Part shown: one piece after another, positions 37,625 to 37,816 of the stretch
Numbering within the stretch: position 1 is the first letter of the stretch
Layout of the letters: each line of letters begins with the position of its first letter
Virus record (IMG/VR): IMGVR_UViG_2563366922_000008
Coordinates: 1-37,816 of that record
Direction: 5' to 3' (one strand)
Source: a virus
Taxonomy: Duplodnaviria; Heunggongvirae; Uroviricota; Caudoviricetes
Length of the DNA stretch: 37,816 nt
Position numbers and translations under genes: made by a program
Notes under the pieces: generated by a model
What the model saw: the letters and a program-made list of their open reading frames with translations, nothing else
Told to the model about the DNA's origin: nothing
Database searches by the model: none

Positions 37625-37816
37625 ATGACCGATACCAGCCTGATTCCTGAGAAAGAAGTGATGAACAAGCTCGGTGTTTCATCACGTCAGACAATCTGGA
37701 ACTATACCAAACGGCACGGATTTCCGAAGCCAGTCAGAACCCACCCCAAATCATACCTTCGTGAAGCTGTTGAAGGGTGGATTCTTAACGGTGGCGTTAA
37801 TCAGAAATGCTCCTGA
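37625..37816 (+). CDS. AlpA-family DNA-binding protein / putative excisionase
   Basis: 63-aa ORF MTDTSLIPEKEVMNKLGVSSRQTIWNYTKRHGFPKPVRTHPKSYLREAVEGWILNG, AlpA/Xis-like HTH pattern; stop is the last codon of the window. Confidence 0.65.
   Translation: MTDTSLIPEKEVMNKLGVSSRQTIWNYTKRHGFPKPVRTHPKSYLREAVEGWILNGGVNQKCS

Overview
The whole 37.8-kb window reads as one mosaic lambdoid temperate phage or prophage genome, in reverse of the conventional lambda map. All protein identifications are from reading the ORF translations and recalling known phage proteins; no database search was run.

Layout, left to right:
- 1-504: a truncated ORF end and two small genes downstream of the tailspike.
- 517-17473 (minus strand): a P22-type short-tailed virion module: tailspike, ejection proteins gp16/gp20/gp7, gp14, tail needle gp26, gp10, gp4, coat, scaffold, portal, large and small terminase, with a pac-like site inside the small terminase gene. 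An orphan mnt repressor and three unassigned genes sit between gp16 and the tailspike.
- 17497-19505: cargo genes including a Rha-family regulator.
- 19847-20989: lysis cassette: dual-start holin, SAR endolysin, Rz with embedded Rz1.
- 21283-22048: lambda-type Q with a pR'-like promoter and a nearby terminator.
- 22045-25428: nin region: NinH, RusA, YbcO, a Rha/KilAC antirepressor, NinF, NinE, NinB and small membrane proteins.
- 25501-27695: P22-type replication genes (DnaB-like helicase, O-like initiator with internal iterons).
- 27876-30360: lambda cII, nutR, phage-434-type cro and cI with all six 14-bp 434 operators, a secreted-protein gene coupled to cI, nutL and lambda N.
- 30369-37816 (plus strand): early-left region: Ral, an AT-rich insert gene, an acidic protein, an E/K/R/A-rich helical protein, cIII, Kil, Rad52-like annealing protein, SSB, HNH protein, Ea22-like protein and an AlpA-type Xis-like gene at the right edge. 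No integrase, tRNA or CRISPR array is inside the window.

The most interesting unassigned loci are the secreted protein in the rexAB slot, the AT-rich gene in the sieB slot, the three-gene cluster in the P22 sieA/immI slot beside the orphan mnt, and the chimeric tailspike carrying a G8 tract. I cannot name a defined novel system from sequence alone; these are candidates.
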